Shown piece by piece: positions 1-10,858 of a stretch of DNA of 28,080 nt. The stretch spans positions 1-28,080 of IMG/VR virus record IMGVR_UViG_2565956624_000022. One strand, 5' to 3'. The number at the start of each line of letters is the position of its first letter. Positions within the stretch are counted from its first letter, which is position 1. A program made the translations under genes and the position numbers. The DNA comes from a virus (Duplodnaviria; Heunggongvirae; Uroviricota; Caudoviricetes). The notes under the pieces are model-generated. The model worked only from the letters and a program-made list of their open reading frames with translations. It was not told where the DNA came from and searched no databases.

Positions 1-438
1 ATGAGTCGGTTAACCGCGATTATCTCCGCTCTGGTTATCTGCATCATCGTCTGCCTGTCATGGGCTGTTAATCATTACCGTGATAACGCCATCGCCTACA
101 AAGAACAGCGCGATAAAGCCGCATCCACAATCGCTGACATGCAGAAGCGTCAACGTGATGTAGCAGAACTTGACGCCAGATACACAAAGGAGCTTGCTGA
201 TGCTAACGCGACTATCGAAAGTCTCCGTGCTGATGTTTCTGCTGGTCGTAAGCGCCTGCAAGTCGCCGCCACCTGTGCAAAGTCAACGACCGGAGCCAGC
301 AGCATGGGCGATGGAGAAAGCCCAAGACTTACAGCAGATGCTGAACTCAATTATTACCGTCTCCGAAGTGGAGTCGACAAGATAACCGCGCAGGTTAACT
401 ACCTGCAGGAATACATCAGGACGCAATGCCTGAAATAA
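1..438 (+). CDS. Rz: Rz i-spanin (inner-membrane spanin subunit), lambda-like
   Basis: 145 aa; N-terminal TM anchor ([18 protein letters not shown]) followed by a charged coiled-coil region; near-collinear with my recollection of lambda Rz ([30 protein letters not shown]); contains an embedded +1-frame lipoprotein ORF. Confidence 0.9.
   Translation: MSRLTAIISALVICIIVCLSWAVNHYRDNAIAYKEQRDKAASTIADMQKRQRDVAELDARYTKELADANATIESLRADVSAGRKRLQVAATCAKSTTGASSMGDGESPRLTADAELNYYRLRSGVDKITAQVNYLQEYIRTQCLK
200..385 (+). CDS. Rz1: Rz1 o-spanin (outer-membrane lipoprotein) embedded in Rz in the +1 frame
   Basis: ATG at 200 preceded by AAAGGAG (186-192); signal peptide ending in lipobox LVVSAC; Pro-rich mature part ([13 protein letters not shown]); wholly inside Rz as in lambda. 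Confidence 0.8.
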   Translation: MLTRLSKVSVLMFLLVVSACKSPPPVQSQRPEPAAWAMEKAQDLQQMLNSIITVSEVESTR

Positions 439-470
439 TTTTTTTGCAAATCACAAAGTCCATTTAATGA

Positions 471-493
471 GCCTCGCGATGCGGGGCTTTTTT
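471..493 (+). terminator. Rho-independent terminator downstream of the lysis cassette
   Basis: GCCTCGC-GAT-GCGGGGC stem-loop (one G-U pair) followed by TTTTTT. Confidence 0.5.
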
Positions 494-640
494 ATGTCCG
501 CAGTAAACGCGCTTCACACGCGCGACTTATGAACACAGAGCCTTTCAGGATGACCCTTGAGGATGCCGGTTTGGTTATCGGTGCCTTTCTGTGGGCCGGA
601 ATCCTGTGTGACAAGGTTCATCACTAAAAGGTAATTACCG

Positions 641-1183
641 ATGAATTATCCAACTATCGTTGACGGCATTGATTTCAAAGAACTGGTTTTTATTACCAAC
701 AATGACCCTGTCACCGATTCATTTATGGTGGCGAAAGCATTTCGTAAGCGACATGACAACGTTGTGCGTGATGTAGAAAGAACTATCGCTGCTTGTCCTG
801 AAGAGTTTGATACAAAACTCAATTTTGAGGTTTGCTATAAAAACAATGAGTTACAGAATGGTAAGCCACAAAAATTCTATCGGCTACGTAAGGATGGGTT
901 GATGCTTTTGGTTATGTCCTACACCAAAAAAGAAGCAATGCGTATCAAAATTGCTTACATCAACGCATTCAACTGGATGTACGCCATGCTTCAGGTTGGT
1001 AATCGTCAATTTGAAGAAGAGCGAAATTCCGTAATGCTGGAGTACATGAAAGAGAAGGATGTTGCCAGCATGTCAGGTCGCCTGCTTAATCGCTGGGGAA
1101 AAATTAAGAAGCCTCAGCTACTGGCGAGAATTGAACGCCTTGAACAGCACGGGCAAACCGTAATCCCCGGACTCACTAATTAA
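641..1183 (+). CDS. Rha-family phage regulatory protein
   Basis: 180 aa; N-terminal KRHDNVVRDVERTI signature typical of the Phage_pRha domain; sits between lysis cassette and terminase. Confidence 0.7.
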   Translation: MNYPTIVDGIDFKELVFITNNDPVTDSFMVAKAFRKRHDNVVRDVERTIAACPEEFDTKLNFEVCYKNNELQNGKPQKFYRLRKDGLMLLVMSYTKKEAMRIKIAYINAFNWMYAMLQVGNRQFEEERNSVMLEYMKEKDVASMSGRLLNRWGKIKKPQLLARIERLEQHGQTVIPGLTN

Positions 1184-1412
1184 CGGCAGTACCACGAAGC
1201 AACCCAAGCCAGTAAGTGGGGAAATAACACTGGCAGCCACTGAAAGATGAACATCCTGCCTTATGGCAAAAAAGATTCTTTGTGGTGGCGGACTGATGGA
1301 AAGACATCGGTTATTGCAGAGACCATTCAATGAGTGGTCTCGACAATGGCTTATACCCTACACGGGATAACTTAACTGATATCCCTTTTAACGGATAAAC
1401 GGAGCACAAATA

Positions 1413-2003
1413 ATGGCAAAGCTCACCGACAAACAAGAGCTGTTTGCCCGTGAGTACCTGAAAGATCTGAACGGCACACAGGCAGCTATCAGGGCGGGCT
1501 ACAGCGAGAAGACCGCCAATGAGCAGGCATCTCGATTATTAGCAAATGTTAATGTTCAAAAATTCGTTGCTGAACTTAAATCCGCCCGCGTTGAACAGAC
1601 GGGCATAGATGCAGCCTATGTTCTTCGTAGATTGGTTGAAATCGACCAGATGGATGTGCTCGACATTCTCCTGCAAAACGGTGAGCTAAAGCCCATTAAA
1701 GACTGGCCTAAAGTATGGCGCACAACGCTATCAGGAATGGATGTCGTGGAGATGGCATCCGCAGATAGCGCCGCACTTCTGAAGAAAATTAAATGGCCTG
1801 ATAAGGTCAAAAACCTCGAACTTCTTGGTAAGCATGTTTCTGTTCAGGCGTTTAAAGAGCAAACATCTACAGAAATAACTGGCGCTGATGGCGGGCCTGT
1901 ACGTTATGCCGATATGTCAGAAGAGTTACTTGAAGAGAAACTGAAGGAGCTTGGTAATGGCAGGCGCTCCAATCAGCTTGAATCGAAACGCTCAGATTTA
2001 TGA
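1413..2003 (+). CDS. terS: Terminase small subunit
   Basis: 196 aa; N-terminal MAKLTDKQELFAREYL...NGTQAAIRAGYSEKTANEQASRLL typical of the small-terminase HTH family; directly upstream of the large terminase. Confidence 0.75.
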   Translation: MAKLTDKQELFAREYLKDLNGTQAAIRAGYSEKTANEQASRLLANVNVQKFVAELKSARVEQTGIDAAYVLRRLVEIDQMDVLDILLQNGELKPIKDWPKVWRTTLSGMDVVEMASADSAALLKKIKWPDKVKNLELLGKHVSVQAFKEQTSTEITGADGGPVRYADMSEELLEEKLKELGNGRRSNQLESKRSDL

Positions 2004-3477
2004 GTTGCACAAAGAGCTGGCTATCCGCTCAGCAAGAAAAAAACTTCTCGATTTCACCTTATACACTAATCCGCAATACGAAACAGGTTGGTTTAACGAG
2101 CTGCTTTGTGCTGAGCTAGATCACTTTCTGGATGAAGTTAAAGCCGGAAACATGCCCAGGCTAATGGTGTTTGCCCCTCCGCGCTCAGGAAAGAGTGAGT
2201 TGTGCTCTCGCCGCTTCCCAGCGTATGTGTTAGGACAGCATCCATCATGGAACATTATTTCGTGCTCATATTCTTCTGACCTGTCAGACCGAATGAGCCG
2301 TGACGTTAAACGCATTATCACCTCTGACAAGTACGCTGATGTTTTCCCTGACGTGAAAATACCTTCAGGACGTAGTTTGGCGGGAGGCATCAACAAAACC
2401 GAGCTATGGGAACCAGTGGATGCCAAAGGCGAACTACACGGCGGCTCATATCGTTCTGCTGGTGTTAACGGTGGTATCACCGGTCAGGGTATGAACATTG
2501 GGGTTATTGATGACCCCGCGAAAGATTACAAAACCGCATCGTCTCCAATTTACCAGGAAGCGGTGATGGACTGGTATGACACGACATTCTTCACTCGTGT
2601 TGACCCGAAGATAAACGGCATCGTCATCATCCTGACACGCTGGCATCAAAACGATCTCGCCGGGCAGTTATTAAAACTAGCTGAAGAGGGCGGGGAACGC
2701 TGGCGCGTAGTTAGCTTCCCAATGGAGGCTGAAAAGGAAGAGATTCATGAACTCAACGGTAATGTGTATCGACTGCGCAATCCCGGTGAAATTCTGTTCC
2801 CTGAGCGCATGCCGAGAGAGTTCGTAGAGAAATGCAAACAGCGCGGTTCCCTTGTATGGAATGCTCTTTATCAGCAACGACCAACCGCCAAAGGCGGGGG
2901 GCTTATTAAGTCTGAATGGTTTGGTGAATATTCGGTACTCCCTCCCATGCAATGGCGTGCCGTCTATGGAGACACCGCACAGAAAACAAAAGAGGTCAAC
3001 GACTTCTCAGTATTCGAGCACTGGGGGCTTGGTACTGACGGGTACATCTATCTGATCGATATGATTCGCGGTAAATGGGAGGCCGATGAATTACAACGCC
3101 GTGCTGTTGCATTCTGGGAAAAGTGCAAAACTCTGAAGAATGGGCCGCTTCGCCACATGGCGATAGAGGACAAGTCATCTGGCACAGGCCTGATACAGAA
3201 CATCCGTAAAAAAGCGATATGCCCCATCAAAGCAATTCAGCGCGATAAGGATAAGTACACGCGACTGATGGACGTACAGGGTTATATCGAGTCCGGTTAC
3301 ATCAAGTTGCCCAGCAGCGCACCATTCATCAACGACTTCCTCGTTGAGATGGAAGCCATTAATCCTGATTTCAATACGCACGACGACCAGCTTGATCCGA
3401 TGATGGATGCCATCGATGAGATGAAAAATGGCAATGGTCCGTTACGTATATCTGAAGACCTTTTGAGGCTCGCATAG
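1957..3477 (+). CDS. terL: Terminase large subunit
   Basis: About 506 aa from ATG 1957 (GAAGGAG at 1944-1950; the ORF track begins at TTG 1951); Walker-A-like [13 protein letters not shown]ase N-terminus and nuclease-like C-terminal half; overlaps the terS 3' end. Confidence 0.8.
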   Translation: MAGAPISLNRNAQIYELHKELAIRSARKKLLDFTLYTNPQYETGWFNELLCAELDHFLDEVKAGNMPRLMVFAPPRSGKSELCSRRFPAYVLGQHPSWNIISCSYSSDLSDRMSRDVKRIITSDKYADVFPDVKIPSGRSLAGGINKTELWEPVDAKGELHGGSYRSAGVNGGITGQGMNIGVIDDPAKDYKTASSPIYQEAVMDWYDTTFFTRVDPKINGIVIILTRWHQNDLAGQLLKLAEEGGERWRVVSFPMEAEKEEIHELNGNVYRLRNPGEILFPERMPREFVEKCKQRGSLVWNALYQQRPTAKGGGLIKSEWFGEYSVLPPMQWRAVYGDTAQKTKEVNDFSVFEHWGLGTDGYIYLIDMIRGKWEADELQRRAVAFWEKCKTLKNGPLRHMAIEDKSSGTGLIQNIRKKAICPIKAIQRDKDKYTRLMDVQGYIESGYIKLPSSAPFINDFLVEMEAINPDFNTHDDQLDPMMDAIDEMKNGNGPLRISEDLLRLA

Positions 3478-5012
3478 TGTTTAATTTTTTGAGAAAGAAA
3501 AAATCTGAGCCTCAGAAAGAAGAGGCGAAACAGCCAATGTCTCTGGCGAATGTTCTTGCGATTATTAACGAACAGGAGCGAATTAAAAATGAAGGCGAGG
3601 CATTGCGTAGAATTGAGAGATACGTACCCCCGCCAGGCGTTATTCCTGAACATATTGGGGAGTCAGCTCTGGCGATGGACTCCACGCCGTACAGTTACCT
3701 TAACTCAGCAAACATCACCGCATATGGCTACGGTGGATTTCCTGGCTACCCATATTTGTCTCAACTTGCTCAGTTGCCGGAGTATCGCAAGATTACTGGC
3801 ACGATAGCAGAAGAGATGACGCGAAAATGGATTGAGCTGAAGCATGTAGGTAAAGACGATGGTGACGACAAGGCCGATAAGATTCGCCAGCTTGACGACG
3901 CATTAAAGCGTTTCAGAGTGCGAGAGAAGTTTCGCGAGGCGGCAGAACATGACGGTTACTTCGGGCGCGGACAGATTTATATCGACGTGAAGACGCCAAG
4001 CGGTAACTCAGCCTGGCTGGTTCCCGACGAACTGGATAAGAAGCTCTATATCAGCCCGCGCAAGATTACCAAAGGAAGCCTGAATGGTTTCCGCGTTATC
4101 GAGGCCATGTGGACATACCCTGGTGTGTATAACGCTGATAACCCTCTCAGTCCTGATTTCTTCAATCCATCTGAATGGTATGTCATGGGGCGCACGGTTC
4201 ACGCCAGCCGTATGTTGACAATGATTTCTCGCCAGGTGCCAGACATTCTCAAAGCGGCGTACAACTTCGGCGGCTTGTCGCTGAGTCAGATGGCAGAGCC
4301 ATACGTGCAGAACTGGTTGAGAACACGTGACAGCGTTAGCGATCTGGTTCATTCGTTTGTGGTCTATGGGCTGAAGACGAACATGCAGAATGCCTTGTCT
4401 GGAATTGCAGACCAAAACCTGTTTATGCGTGCCGAGCTCTTTAATAAGGTACGCGACAATCGCGGAATGTTCCTTATTGATAAGGATGCGGAAGAATTCT
4501 TCCAGTTTGTGACAAGTCTGTCTGGAGTCGATGCTCTTCAGGCGCAAGCGCAGGAACAAATGGCATCGGTATCAAGCATTCCTCTGGTTAAGCTCCTTGG
4601 CATCACTCCTAACGGGCTAAACGCTTCATCTGATGGCGAAATCCGCGTCTTCTATGACTCAATACACGCCATGCAGGAGAATCTGTTCAGGGTGCCGCTG
4701 AAAACAGTGCTGGATGTTATCCAGTTGAATGAATTTGGCGAGATTGACCCTGACATTGATTTTGAATTCCTGCCGCTGTACGAGCTTACAGAAGCAGAGA
4801 AAGCCGAGATCATGAAACATCAGTCTGAGGCTGATAAGAACTATGCCGAAGCTGGCGTGTTTGACCTTGATGCAATAAGAAGTATGCGCCAGTCGGATAA
4901 GGCCAGCCCATACCACATGATGGAATCTGAATATGACGAAGAAGAGTACGAAAACGAGTCCATCGAAGAAGGATTTGAAGACCAGGAAAACCCTTCGTCC
5001 AGTCAGAGCTAA
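3477..5012 (+). CDS. Portal protein (putative)
   Basis: 511 aa immediately after terL (GTG start overlapping the terL stop); size, position and very acidic C-terminal tail ([19 protein letters not shown]) fit a portal; family assignment not verified. Confidence 0.65.
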   Translation: MFNFLRKKKSEPQKEEAKQPMSLANVLAIINEQERIKNEGEALRRIERYVPPPGVIPEHIGESALAMDSTPYSYLNSANITAYGYGGFPGYPYLSQLAQLPEYRKITGTIAEEMTRKWIELKHVGKDDGDDKADKIRQLDDALKRFRVREKFREAAEHDGYFGRGQIYIDVKTPSGNSAWLVPDELDKKLYISPRKITKGSLNGFRVIEAMWTYPGVYNADNPLSPDFFNPSEWYVMGRTVHASRMLTMISRQVPDILKAAYNFGGLSLSQMAEPYVQNWLRTRDSVSDLVHSFVVYGLKTNMQNALSGIADQNLFMRAELFNKVRDNRGMFLIDKDAEEFFQFVTSLSGVDALQAQAQEQMASVSSIPLVKLLGITPNGLNASSDGEIRVFYDSIHAMQENLFRVPLKTVLDVIQLNEFGEIDPDIDFEFLPLYELTEAEKAEIMKHQSEADKNYAEAGVFDLDAIRSMRQSDKASPYHMMESEYDEEEYENESIEEGFEDQENPSSSQS

Positions 5013-5751
5013 CGCCGGAGTTCATGAGTGGTATCGCTCTGAGCTTCTCAAGCTGGTTAGGGAGATGGATAAGTCATACCGATACTGGCTTGAGGGCGCA
5101 TACAAAAACAACATGGCGATGGATTCCAGCCCCGCGAATGAGTTAAAGCGTAGATTGTCCAGACTAGGCAAGCAGTGGGAGCATAAATTCAATGAACTGG
5201 CTAAGAAACTGGCTGATCGCTTCGTTGATAAGACACTGCGCAACACCGACGTTTCGTTACACTCAGCGTTAAAGGCTGGCGGATTTACCGTTAAGTTCAC
5301 AATGAATGACGAGCTTAAGAACGTGATGCAGGCTGTCGTTAACGAGAACGTCAACCTGATTAAATCCATACCTGAACACTATCACACACAGGTTGAGACG
5401 ATAGTCATGCAGTCTGTCAGCCGTGGTCGTGACCTTGGCTATCTCACTGATGAACTGGTTAAGCGATATGGCATTACACGCAGACGCGCTGAGACGATTG
5501 CACGCGATCAGAACAACAAAGCTACAGCGGTAATTCAGTCTGAACGGCAGAAGAGGTTAGGAATCACCAAAGGAATCTGGCGTCACTCACACGCCGGGAA
5601 GCAGCCAAGGCCATCCCATGTGAAAGCTGACGGTAAAGAGTTCGACCTCGATAAAGGGCTGTATCTCGATGGTGAATGGGTGCTGCCGGGAGAGGCTATC
5701 AACTGCCGTTGTACGTGGTCTCCTGTTATCCCTGGGATAGATAGAAAATGA
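4933..5751 (+). CDS. Head morphogenesis protein, Mu gpF / SPP1 gp7-like
   Basis: 272 aa; C-terminal region with INCRCT motif characteristic of MuF-like minor head proteins; follows the portal; 5' end overlaps the portal 3' end in another frame, so the true start is uncertain. Confidence 0.7.
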   Translation: MTKKSTKTSPSKKDLKTRKTLRPVRANAGVHEWYRSELLKLVREMDKSYRYWLEGAYKNNMAMDSSPANELKRRLSRLGKQWEHKFNELAKKLADRFVDKTLRNTDVSLHSALKAGGFTVKFTMNDELKNVMQAVVNENVNLIKSIPEHYHTQVETIVMQSVSRGRDLGYLTDELVKRYGITRRRAETIARDQNNKATAVIQSERQKRLGITKGIWRHSHAGKQPRPSHVKADGKEFDLDKGLYLDGEWVLPGEAINCRCTWSPVIPGIDRK

Positions 5752-5840
5752 TTGAGGTTTTATGGTCTCTGGGCTTAGTGTTGATTTTTGGTTGCTTAAT
5801 GATTGCACTACTGAAAATAGCTATGCCCAAGAGGAAATAA
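5748..5840 (+). CDS. Small hydrophobic peptide (30 aa), function unknown
   Basis: ATG overlaps the stop of the upstream gene (ATGA); [30 protein letters not shown] is one predicted TM helix plus a basic C-terminus; followed by a terminator; too short for the ORF track. Confidence 0.35.
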   Translation: MIEVLWSLGLVLIFGCLMIALLKIAMPKRK

Positions 5841-5842
5841 TG

Positions 5843-5862
5843 GCCGCTACTGCGGCTTTTTT
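5843..5862 (+). terminator. Rho-independent terminator
   Basis: GCCGC-TACT-GCGGC hairpin followed by TTTTTT. Confidence 0.55.
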
Positions 5863-5885
5863 ATTGCCTGCCGAAAGGTAAAAGC

Positions 5886-7112
5886 ATGACATTACGCAAA
5901 GTTAAAGGCGACTGGCAATGGGGATATCACGGATTGGCATTCGACAAGGCAACGGTGCGCTCCTTTGATAAGGATGGGCGTTTGCATATCGAAGTGACGC
6001 CAATCAGTAAGGCTAACGTTTGCCCTTATTATGGACGTGAAATCCCTAATTACAGATCGCTAGGTTTACAGCCTGACAAGGTTTACTACCTGCTTCGTGA
6101 CCCGAAAGAGTTAGCCAAAGCAGCATCTACATTCAACAACATCCCGCTCCTTAACGAACACATTCCGGTTACTGCTTCAGACCCTCATAAAATGGCTGTG
6201 GTTGGTTCTACTGGTACTGATGCTGAGTTTGACGGGACTTATCTCAAGAATTCGCTTGTTGTCTGGGACGCAGATTCTATCGCTGGAATAGAGACAGACG
6301 AGAAGAAAGAACTTTCGTCGGCCTACAGATATGTAGCTGACATGACCCCCGGCGTGCATGAAGGACAGCCATACGATGGTGTAATGCGCGATATCGTCGG
6401 GAACCACGTTGCTCTCGTAACAGAGGGAAGAGCCGGATCCGACGTTGTTGTCGGGGATTCAATACCAACAGGAATGAAATCAATGTCAGAACTTACTAAA
6501 AAGTTGATGGCAGTTATCACGCCGATGCTGGCCAGTGATGAGAAGCCAGAAGAAGTGGAAAAGAAAGTGCAAAAGGTTGTTGAAGACGAAGCCTCTCAGG
6601 CTGAGAGAGATAATGAGTCAGAAGCAGAGCGTCTGAAACGTGAAGAGGATGAACTAAAAGAGCGTGAAGAACGTGAGCGAAAGGATCGCGATCGTGACCG
6701 CAAAGAAGCGGAAGACGAAGATGATGACGGCAAGGATAAAAAGACTGCCGAGGATGAAGACGATGATGAGAATAAAGCAGCTATGGATGCCGCATTGATT
6801 CGAAAAGCTGAAGAGAATGTGATGGGGCGTATCCGTCAAGCCAATGAGGCTCGAGAATGTGTTCGTGCTTTGGTTGGTGATGTGAGTCTGGTCGCTATGG
6901 ATTCCGCAGAGTCTATTTATCGCTTTGCTCTTGATTCAATCGGTGCCGAACATAAAGGCGTTCATCCTTCAGCACTTAAATCGATGGTTGAATTTGCTAT
7001 CAGCCAGAAAGCGGTAGTTCGCAAACCATCTCATGGTATGGGTATGGATGCTGCCGCAACCAATTCTTTCGCCAAGGCATTTCCTGGCGCAACTAAACTG
7101 AAACGGAGCTAA
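5886..7112 (+). CDS. Putative capsid scaffolding protein / prohead protease
   Basis: 408 aa between head morphogenesis and decoration/capsid genes; central highly charged low-complexity tract ([45 protein letters not shown]) typical of scaffolds. Confidence 0.5.
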   Translation: MTLRKVKGDWQWGYHGLAFDKATVRSFDKDGRLHIEVTPISKANVCPYYGREIPNYRSLGLQPDKVYYLLRDPKELAKAASTFNNIPLLNEHIPVTASDPHKMAVVGSTGTDAEFDGTYLKNSLVVWDADSIAGIETDEKKELSSAYRYVADMTPGVHEGQPYDGVMRDIVGNHVALVTEGRAGSDVVVGDSIPTGMKSMSELTKKLMAVITPMLASDEKPEEVEKKVQKVVEDEASQAERDNESEAERLKREEDELKEREERERKDRDRDRKEAEDEDDDGKDKKTAEDEDDDENKAAMDAALIRKAEENVMGRIRQANEARECVRALVGDVSLVAMDSAESIYRFALDSIGAEHKGVHPSALKSMVEFAISQKAVVRKPSHGMGMDAAATNSFAKAFPGATKLKRS

Positions 7113-7115
7113 GAA

Positions 7116-7595
7116 ATGAGTGGCTTTCAAAGTGTAATTAACCAGCAACAGGCACCGGGAGTTGAAGGAGATTTCGCTTCGGCTAACCCTAAAGCAAGTC
7201 TTCTTGCAGGTGAGGGCGCTCTTGTTGCCGGTGCAAATGGGGTTGTTGTTGGTCGCTTTGCATGGGTAAGCAATGGTGTTGTCAATAACACTGGAACCGG
7301 TGCTCCTGCCGGTTTCGTTCATCGGGAAGGGCAGGCGTCTGTCACCACATGGCTTGGTGAGTCATCTATGACTATTCAGCCTGGAGTTCAGATGACATTG
7401 ATGACTGCTGGTGACTACTGGGTGAAAACTGCCGGTGCGGCAACCGTAGGACAGAAGATTTTCGCCAAGCTGTCAGATGGAACTATTACCGCTGGCGATG
7501 CCGGGGCGTCAATTTCGGATTACGTTGAAACAAAATTTGTTGTTGGCAGTGCTGGCGAGGCTGGCGAGTTGATTCAGATGGGCACCTGGAGCTAA
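7116..7595 (+). CDS. Putative head decoration / cement protein
   Basis: 159 aa, Gly/Ala/Val-rich beta-type protein directly upstream of the major capsid gene; position-based call. Confidence 0.45.
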   Translation: MSGFQSVINQQQAPGVEGDFASANPKASLLAGEGALVAGANGVVVGRFAWVSNGVVNNTGTGAPAGFVHREGQASVTTWLGESSMTIQPGVQMTLMTAGDYWVKTAGAATVGQKIFAKLSDGTITAGDAGASISDYVETKFVVGSAGEAGELIQMGTWS

Positions 7596-7598
7596 TAC

Positions 7599-8639
7599 AT
7601 GAATAACGCAGAATTTTTACAACATAAAGCTATGGCTGAGCGAGATTACGGTGTAATCCTTCCGGAAGCCAAAGCCTATCTGACGGAGGCTGTTGCTAAT
7701 AGCTATTCCTATGCAATGGACTCTCAGCCTTCACTGGTAACAACCAGCAACTCTGGCATTCCATGGTACTTCACTAATTACGTTGACCCGGAACTGATTC
7801 GCATCCTTGTCACTCCGATGAAAGCGGTGGAAATTCTGGGGGAAACGAAGAAGGGAGACTGGACCACCATGACCGCACAATTCCCGGTTGTGGAATCAAC
7901 GGGTCAGGTTTCCAGTTATGGTGACTACAACAATAATGGGCAGGTAAATGCTAACGTCAACTGGGTTGCTCGTGAGTCCTATCTGTACCAGACCATTACT
8001 CAGTGGGGTGAGCTGGAACTTGACCGTTACGGTGAAGGCCGCATTGCATGGGCTCAACAACTGAATACTGCTTCTGCGCTGACCCTGAATAAGTTTCAGA
8101 ACAAGTCCTACTTCTTCGGCATTGCTGGCCTGAAGAACTACGGCATTCTGAATGACCCTAACCTTCCGGCATCAATCACCCCGGGTGCAACTGGTGCGAG
8201 TGGCGGAACAACCTGGGCAACCAAAGACGGTCAGGCGGTGTATGACGATATCCAGGCGCTTTACATGCAGTTAGTGAAGCAGACCAAGGGGTACGTTGAG
8301 CGAGACAGCAAGATGACGCTGGCGATGAGTCCAGAGTCAGAAGCAAATCTGACCAAGACTAACATGTACAACGTCAACGTGTCTGATCAGCTGAAGAAAA
8401 ACTTCCCGAACCTGCGTGTTGTCACTGCTGTTGAGTACAAAACCGAATCCGGCGAACTGGTTCAGTTGATTGCCGACGATTTGGATGGTCAGGACACCGG
8501 CTACTGCGCATTTACCGAAAAAATGCGTGCGCATCCGGTTGTTGTTGACCTGTCCGCGTACAAACAAAAGAAAACCGGTGGCACCTGGGGCGCAATCATT
8601 CGCCAGCCGCTGGCATTTGCAAGCATGTTGGGGGTTTAA
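7599..8639 (+). CDS. Major capsid protein (putative)
   Basis: 346 aa, the largest head-module protein after scaffold/decoration genes; tight coupling to neighbours. Confidence 0.65.
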   Translation: MNNAEFLQHKAMAERDYGVILPEAKAYLTEAVANSYSYAMDSQPSLVTTSNSGIPWYFTNYVDPELIRILVTPMKAVEILGETKKGDWTTMTAQFPVVESTGQVSSYGDYNNNGQVNANVNWVARESYLYQTITQWGELELDRYGEGRIAWAQQLNTASALTLNKFQNKSYFFGIAGLKNYGILNDPNLPASITPGATGASGGTTWATKDGQAVYDDIQALYMQLVKQTKGYVERDSKMTLAMSPESEANLTKTNMYNVNVSDQLKKNFPNLRVVTAVEYKTESGELVQLIADDLDGQDTGYCAFTEKMRAHPVVVDLSAYKQKKTGGTWGAIIRQPLAFASMLGV

Positions 8640-8642
8640 TTC

Positions 8643-8990
8643 ATGGCAGAAATGGTAAGTGTTGGCTGCAAATTGCCAAATGGCCTTCAGGTAACCCTGG
8701 ATGGCAAAACAGTAATCCTGAACGGGGCGGCAACAACCGCCCTCCGTGGTCTTGATGGTGCAATTCCTGAGGGGGCTTTCGGAGTTACCATGGTCGAGAA
8801 AGACTTCATGGATAAGTTCATCGAGACCTATAAGGATGCTGCGTATATTCAGAACAATGCAATCTTCATTCAGAAAGATATTCGCAGTCTGAATGCGCAG
8901 GGTAAAGATCTGAAAGAATCAAAAACTGGCCTCGAAGGCCTTGACCCGGAAAATCCGGCTCCGGGCGTAAAAAAGGCTGACGAAAAATAG
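8643..8990 (+). CDS. Hypothetical head-module protein
   Basis: 115 aa ORF tightly packed after the capsid gene; no recognisable motif. Confidence 0.5.
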   Translation: MAEMVSVGCKLPNGLQVTLDGKTVILNGAATTALRGLDGAIPEGAFGVTMVEKDFMDKFIETYKDAAYIQNNAIFIQKDIRSLNAQGKDLKESKTGLEGLDPENPAPGVKKADEK

Positions 8991-9002
8991 CGGGAGCAGC
9001 AA

Positions 9003-9434
9003 ATGGGCGTCGTAATCTTTGACCCCTCCGCATTTAAGCTACGCTATCCTGAATTCTCATCTGTCGACGACGCACTTCTTCAGCAGTATTTCACGCAAGC
9101 AACCATTTATCTCGATAACACAGACTCAAGTCGTGTGTCGGATTTGGCTGTACGCTCAATGCTGCTGAATATGCTGGTTGCCCATATCGCCTGTTTGTAT
9201 TCAGGAGCGAATGGGCAGTCTCCATCCGGATTGGTTGGAAGAATCGACAGTGCTTCAGAGGGTTCGGTTAGCGTTCATGCCGATATGCCAGGGGGAACAG
9301 CAAATTCAGCATGGTACATGCAAACAAAGTACGGGGCTGATTACTGGAATGCTACGGCGCCGTTTCGCACCTTCCAGTATATAAGCGGGCATTCTCCATC
9401 AAATTACCCGTATGGGTATTACCGGAGGTACTAA
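9003..9434 (+). CDS. Putative head-tail connector protein
   Basis: 143 aa; position after capsid genes; resembles DUF4054-type connector proteins from memory. Confidence 0.5.
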   Translation: MGVVIFDPSAFKLRYPEFSSVDDALLQQYFTQATIYLDNTDSSRVSDLAVRSMLLNMLVAHIACLYSGANGQSPSGLVGRIDSASEGSVSVHADMPGGTANSAWYMQTKYGADYWNATAPFRTFQYISGHSPSNYPYGYYRRY

Positions 9435-10000
9435 TGGATAAGGTGATGGAGTTCCTTGATTCAGTTAGTAGTGAGTTGTCCTCAAAGCAATTGAAGGTCG
9501 GGTTTCTTGAAGGTGCTACCTATCCAGATGGTACTTCTATGCCAATGGTTGCAGCATCTAACGAATTTGGTAACCCGGCAAGTGGAAGTCCGCCAAGGCC
9601 ATTCTTCAGGAATGCTATAGCTTCTAAATCTGAAGAGTGGTCAGAAAAGGTCGAAAAGCTCATGAAATCGCATGACGGAGATACGGATACTGTTCTGAAT
9701 CTTATCGGCGAGATCATAAAAGCAGACATCCAGGAATCCATTCGAACTATTCAAGAGCCGCCATTAAGCCAGGTAACAGTACTTCTAAGAAGTAGATTCC
9801 CTAATAACAGGGCGGAAATGACTAAGTGGGATGTAGTGAAGGCCAGAGAAGATGTTTTTGGTGGTCCGGGCTATTTCGGTCCGGTGAAAAAGGTTGATGT
9901 TGATATGAGCAACAACAAGCCTCTCATATGGACCGGGGACATGTTAAGGGCTGTTGATTATGAGGTAGGTGAAATTGAATCTTCGACAGATAGCCAATAA
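9434..10000 (+). CDS. Putative neck / head completion protein
   Basis: 188 aa; ATG overlaps the upstream stop; position-based. Confidence 0.45.
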   Translation: MDKVMEFLDSVSSELSSKQLKVGFLEGATYPDGTSMPMVAASNEFGNPASGSPPRPFFRNAIASKSEEWSEKVEKLMKSHDGDTDTVLNLIGEIIKADIQESIRTIQEPPLSQVTVLLRSRFPNNRAEMTKWDVVKAREDVFGGPGYFGPVKKVDVDMSNNKPLIWTGDMLRAVDYEVGEIESSTDSQ

Positions 10001-10346
10001 CGCGATCACAAGCATTAACCCCAACATCCCGGCAATCCTGAAAAAGTATGCAGGTGAAACTATCGGCCCCGGTCGCAAGCCGATTCCGTCTTATCTCCCT
10101 GACCAGAACGTTACCATTCAACTACAGCCAATCAGTCGCGGCGACATGCAACACGTCGATGGATTGAATATTCAGGGGCTGGCAAAAGTGATTTACGTCA
10201 ATGGTAATTACTTCAGTGTGCAGCGAGAACTGGAGCAGGGCGGAGATATCTTCGTGATTAACGGGGAACAATGGCTTGTTGTTGAGCCAATAGAGTTGTG
10301 GCCTGACTGGTGCCGGCTGATTGCTGTATTGCAGGTAAGCCCATGA
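9969..10346 (+). CDS. Putative neck / tail completion protein
   Basis: 125 aa; GTG start with GAGG upstream; position-based. Confidence 0.4.
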   Translation: MKLNLRQIANNAITSINPNIPAILKKYAGETIGPGRKPIPSYLPDQNVTIQLQPISRGDMQHVDGLNIQGLAKVIYVNGNYFSVQRELEQGGDIFVINGEQWLVVEPIELWPDWCRLIAVLQVSP

Positions 10347-10858
10347 ATGATTTCACTGTCGATAATATTATCGATGTACTTGCTGGCTACATAGAACCTA
10401 TCGCTGGTAAATGCCTGCAGGCTCAGGCTAACCGTGTACCAATGCCCAAAGATCAGTTCTGTATCCTGACCCCTTTGCGATTCACCAGACTATCCACGAC
10501 GAGAGAGATTAAGCAAGATACCGGCTCTCCGGACACAAGCACCATGGGATATACGGAAGTTCGCCAGGCTGATATTCAGGTAGATATCTATGGTCAGGGG
10601 GCAGGGGATAGAGCTATTGCACTGGAAACAACATTCACCAGTGGATATGGCTACGACATCATCAAGGCTATTGATGCACGGCTTGCGCCGCTTTACTCAT
10701 CTCCTGCCATTCAGGCGCCGATGATCAACGCCGAGAGTCAGTGGCAGGAGCGTTACACGTTAACTCTTTCCCTGCAAGCACACATCACCGTGTCGTTCCA
10801 GCAGGACTATTTCGACAAAGCAGAAATTTCAACTGAACAGGTGGATAACCGCCCATGA
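10343..10858 (+). CDS. Putative tail completion / sheath terminator protein
   Basis: ATG 10343 overlaps the upstream stop (ATGA); the ORF track frame opens at 10310. Confidence 0.45.
   Translation: MNDFTVDNIIDVLAGYIEPIAGKCLQAQANRVPMPKDQFCILTPLRFTRLSTTREIKQDTGSPDTSTMGYTEVRQADIQVDIYGQGAGDRAIALETTFTSGYGYDIIKAIDARLAPLYSSPAIQAPMINAESQWQERYTLTLSLQAHITVSFQQDYFDKAEISTEQVDNRP

Noticed and set aside
550-627. 25-aa ORF (MTLEDAGLVIGAFLWAGILCDKVHH) after the lysis terminator, and a 28-aa ORF at 1245-1331
   Set aside because: No convincing RBS spacing and no coupling to neighbours; cannot be told from chance ORFs without conservation data.
2121-4559. Minus-strand ORFs inside the terminase and portal genes (2121-2480, 2446-2649, 2677-2952, 4008-4559)
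   Set aside because: They are wholly inside long, well-supported + strand genes, have no RBS and no recognisable motifs; shadow ORFs. The same applies to minus-strand ORFs at 17713-18259, 19850-20110 and 22632-23027.
6540-6800. Repetitive GAAGA/GATGA-rich DNA in the scaffold gene as a possible tandem repeat or mobile element
   Set aside because: It simply encodes the acidic low-complexity tract (E/D/K/R-rich) of the scaffold protein; in frame with no repeat-unit structure beyond codon bias.
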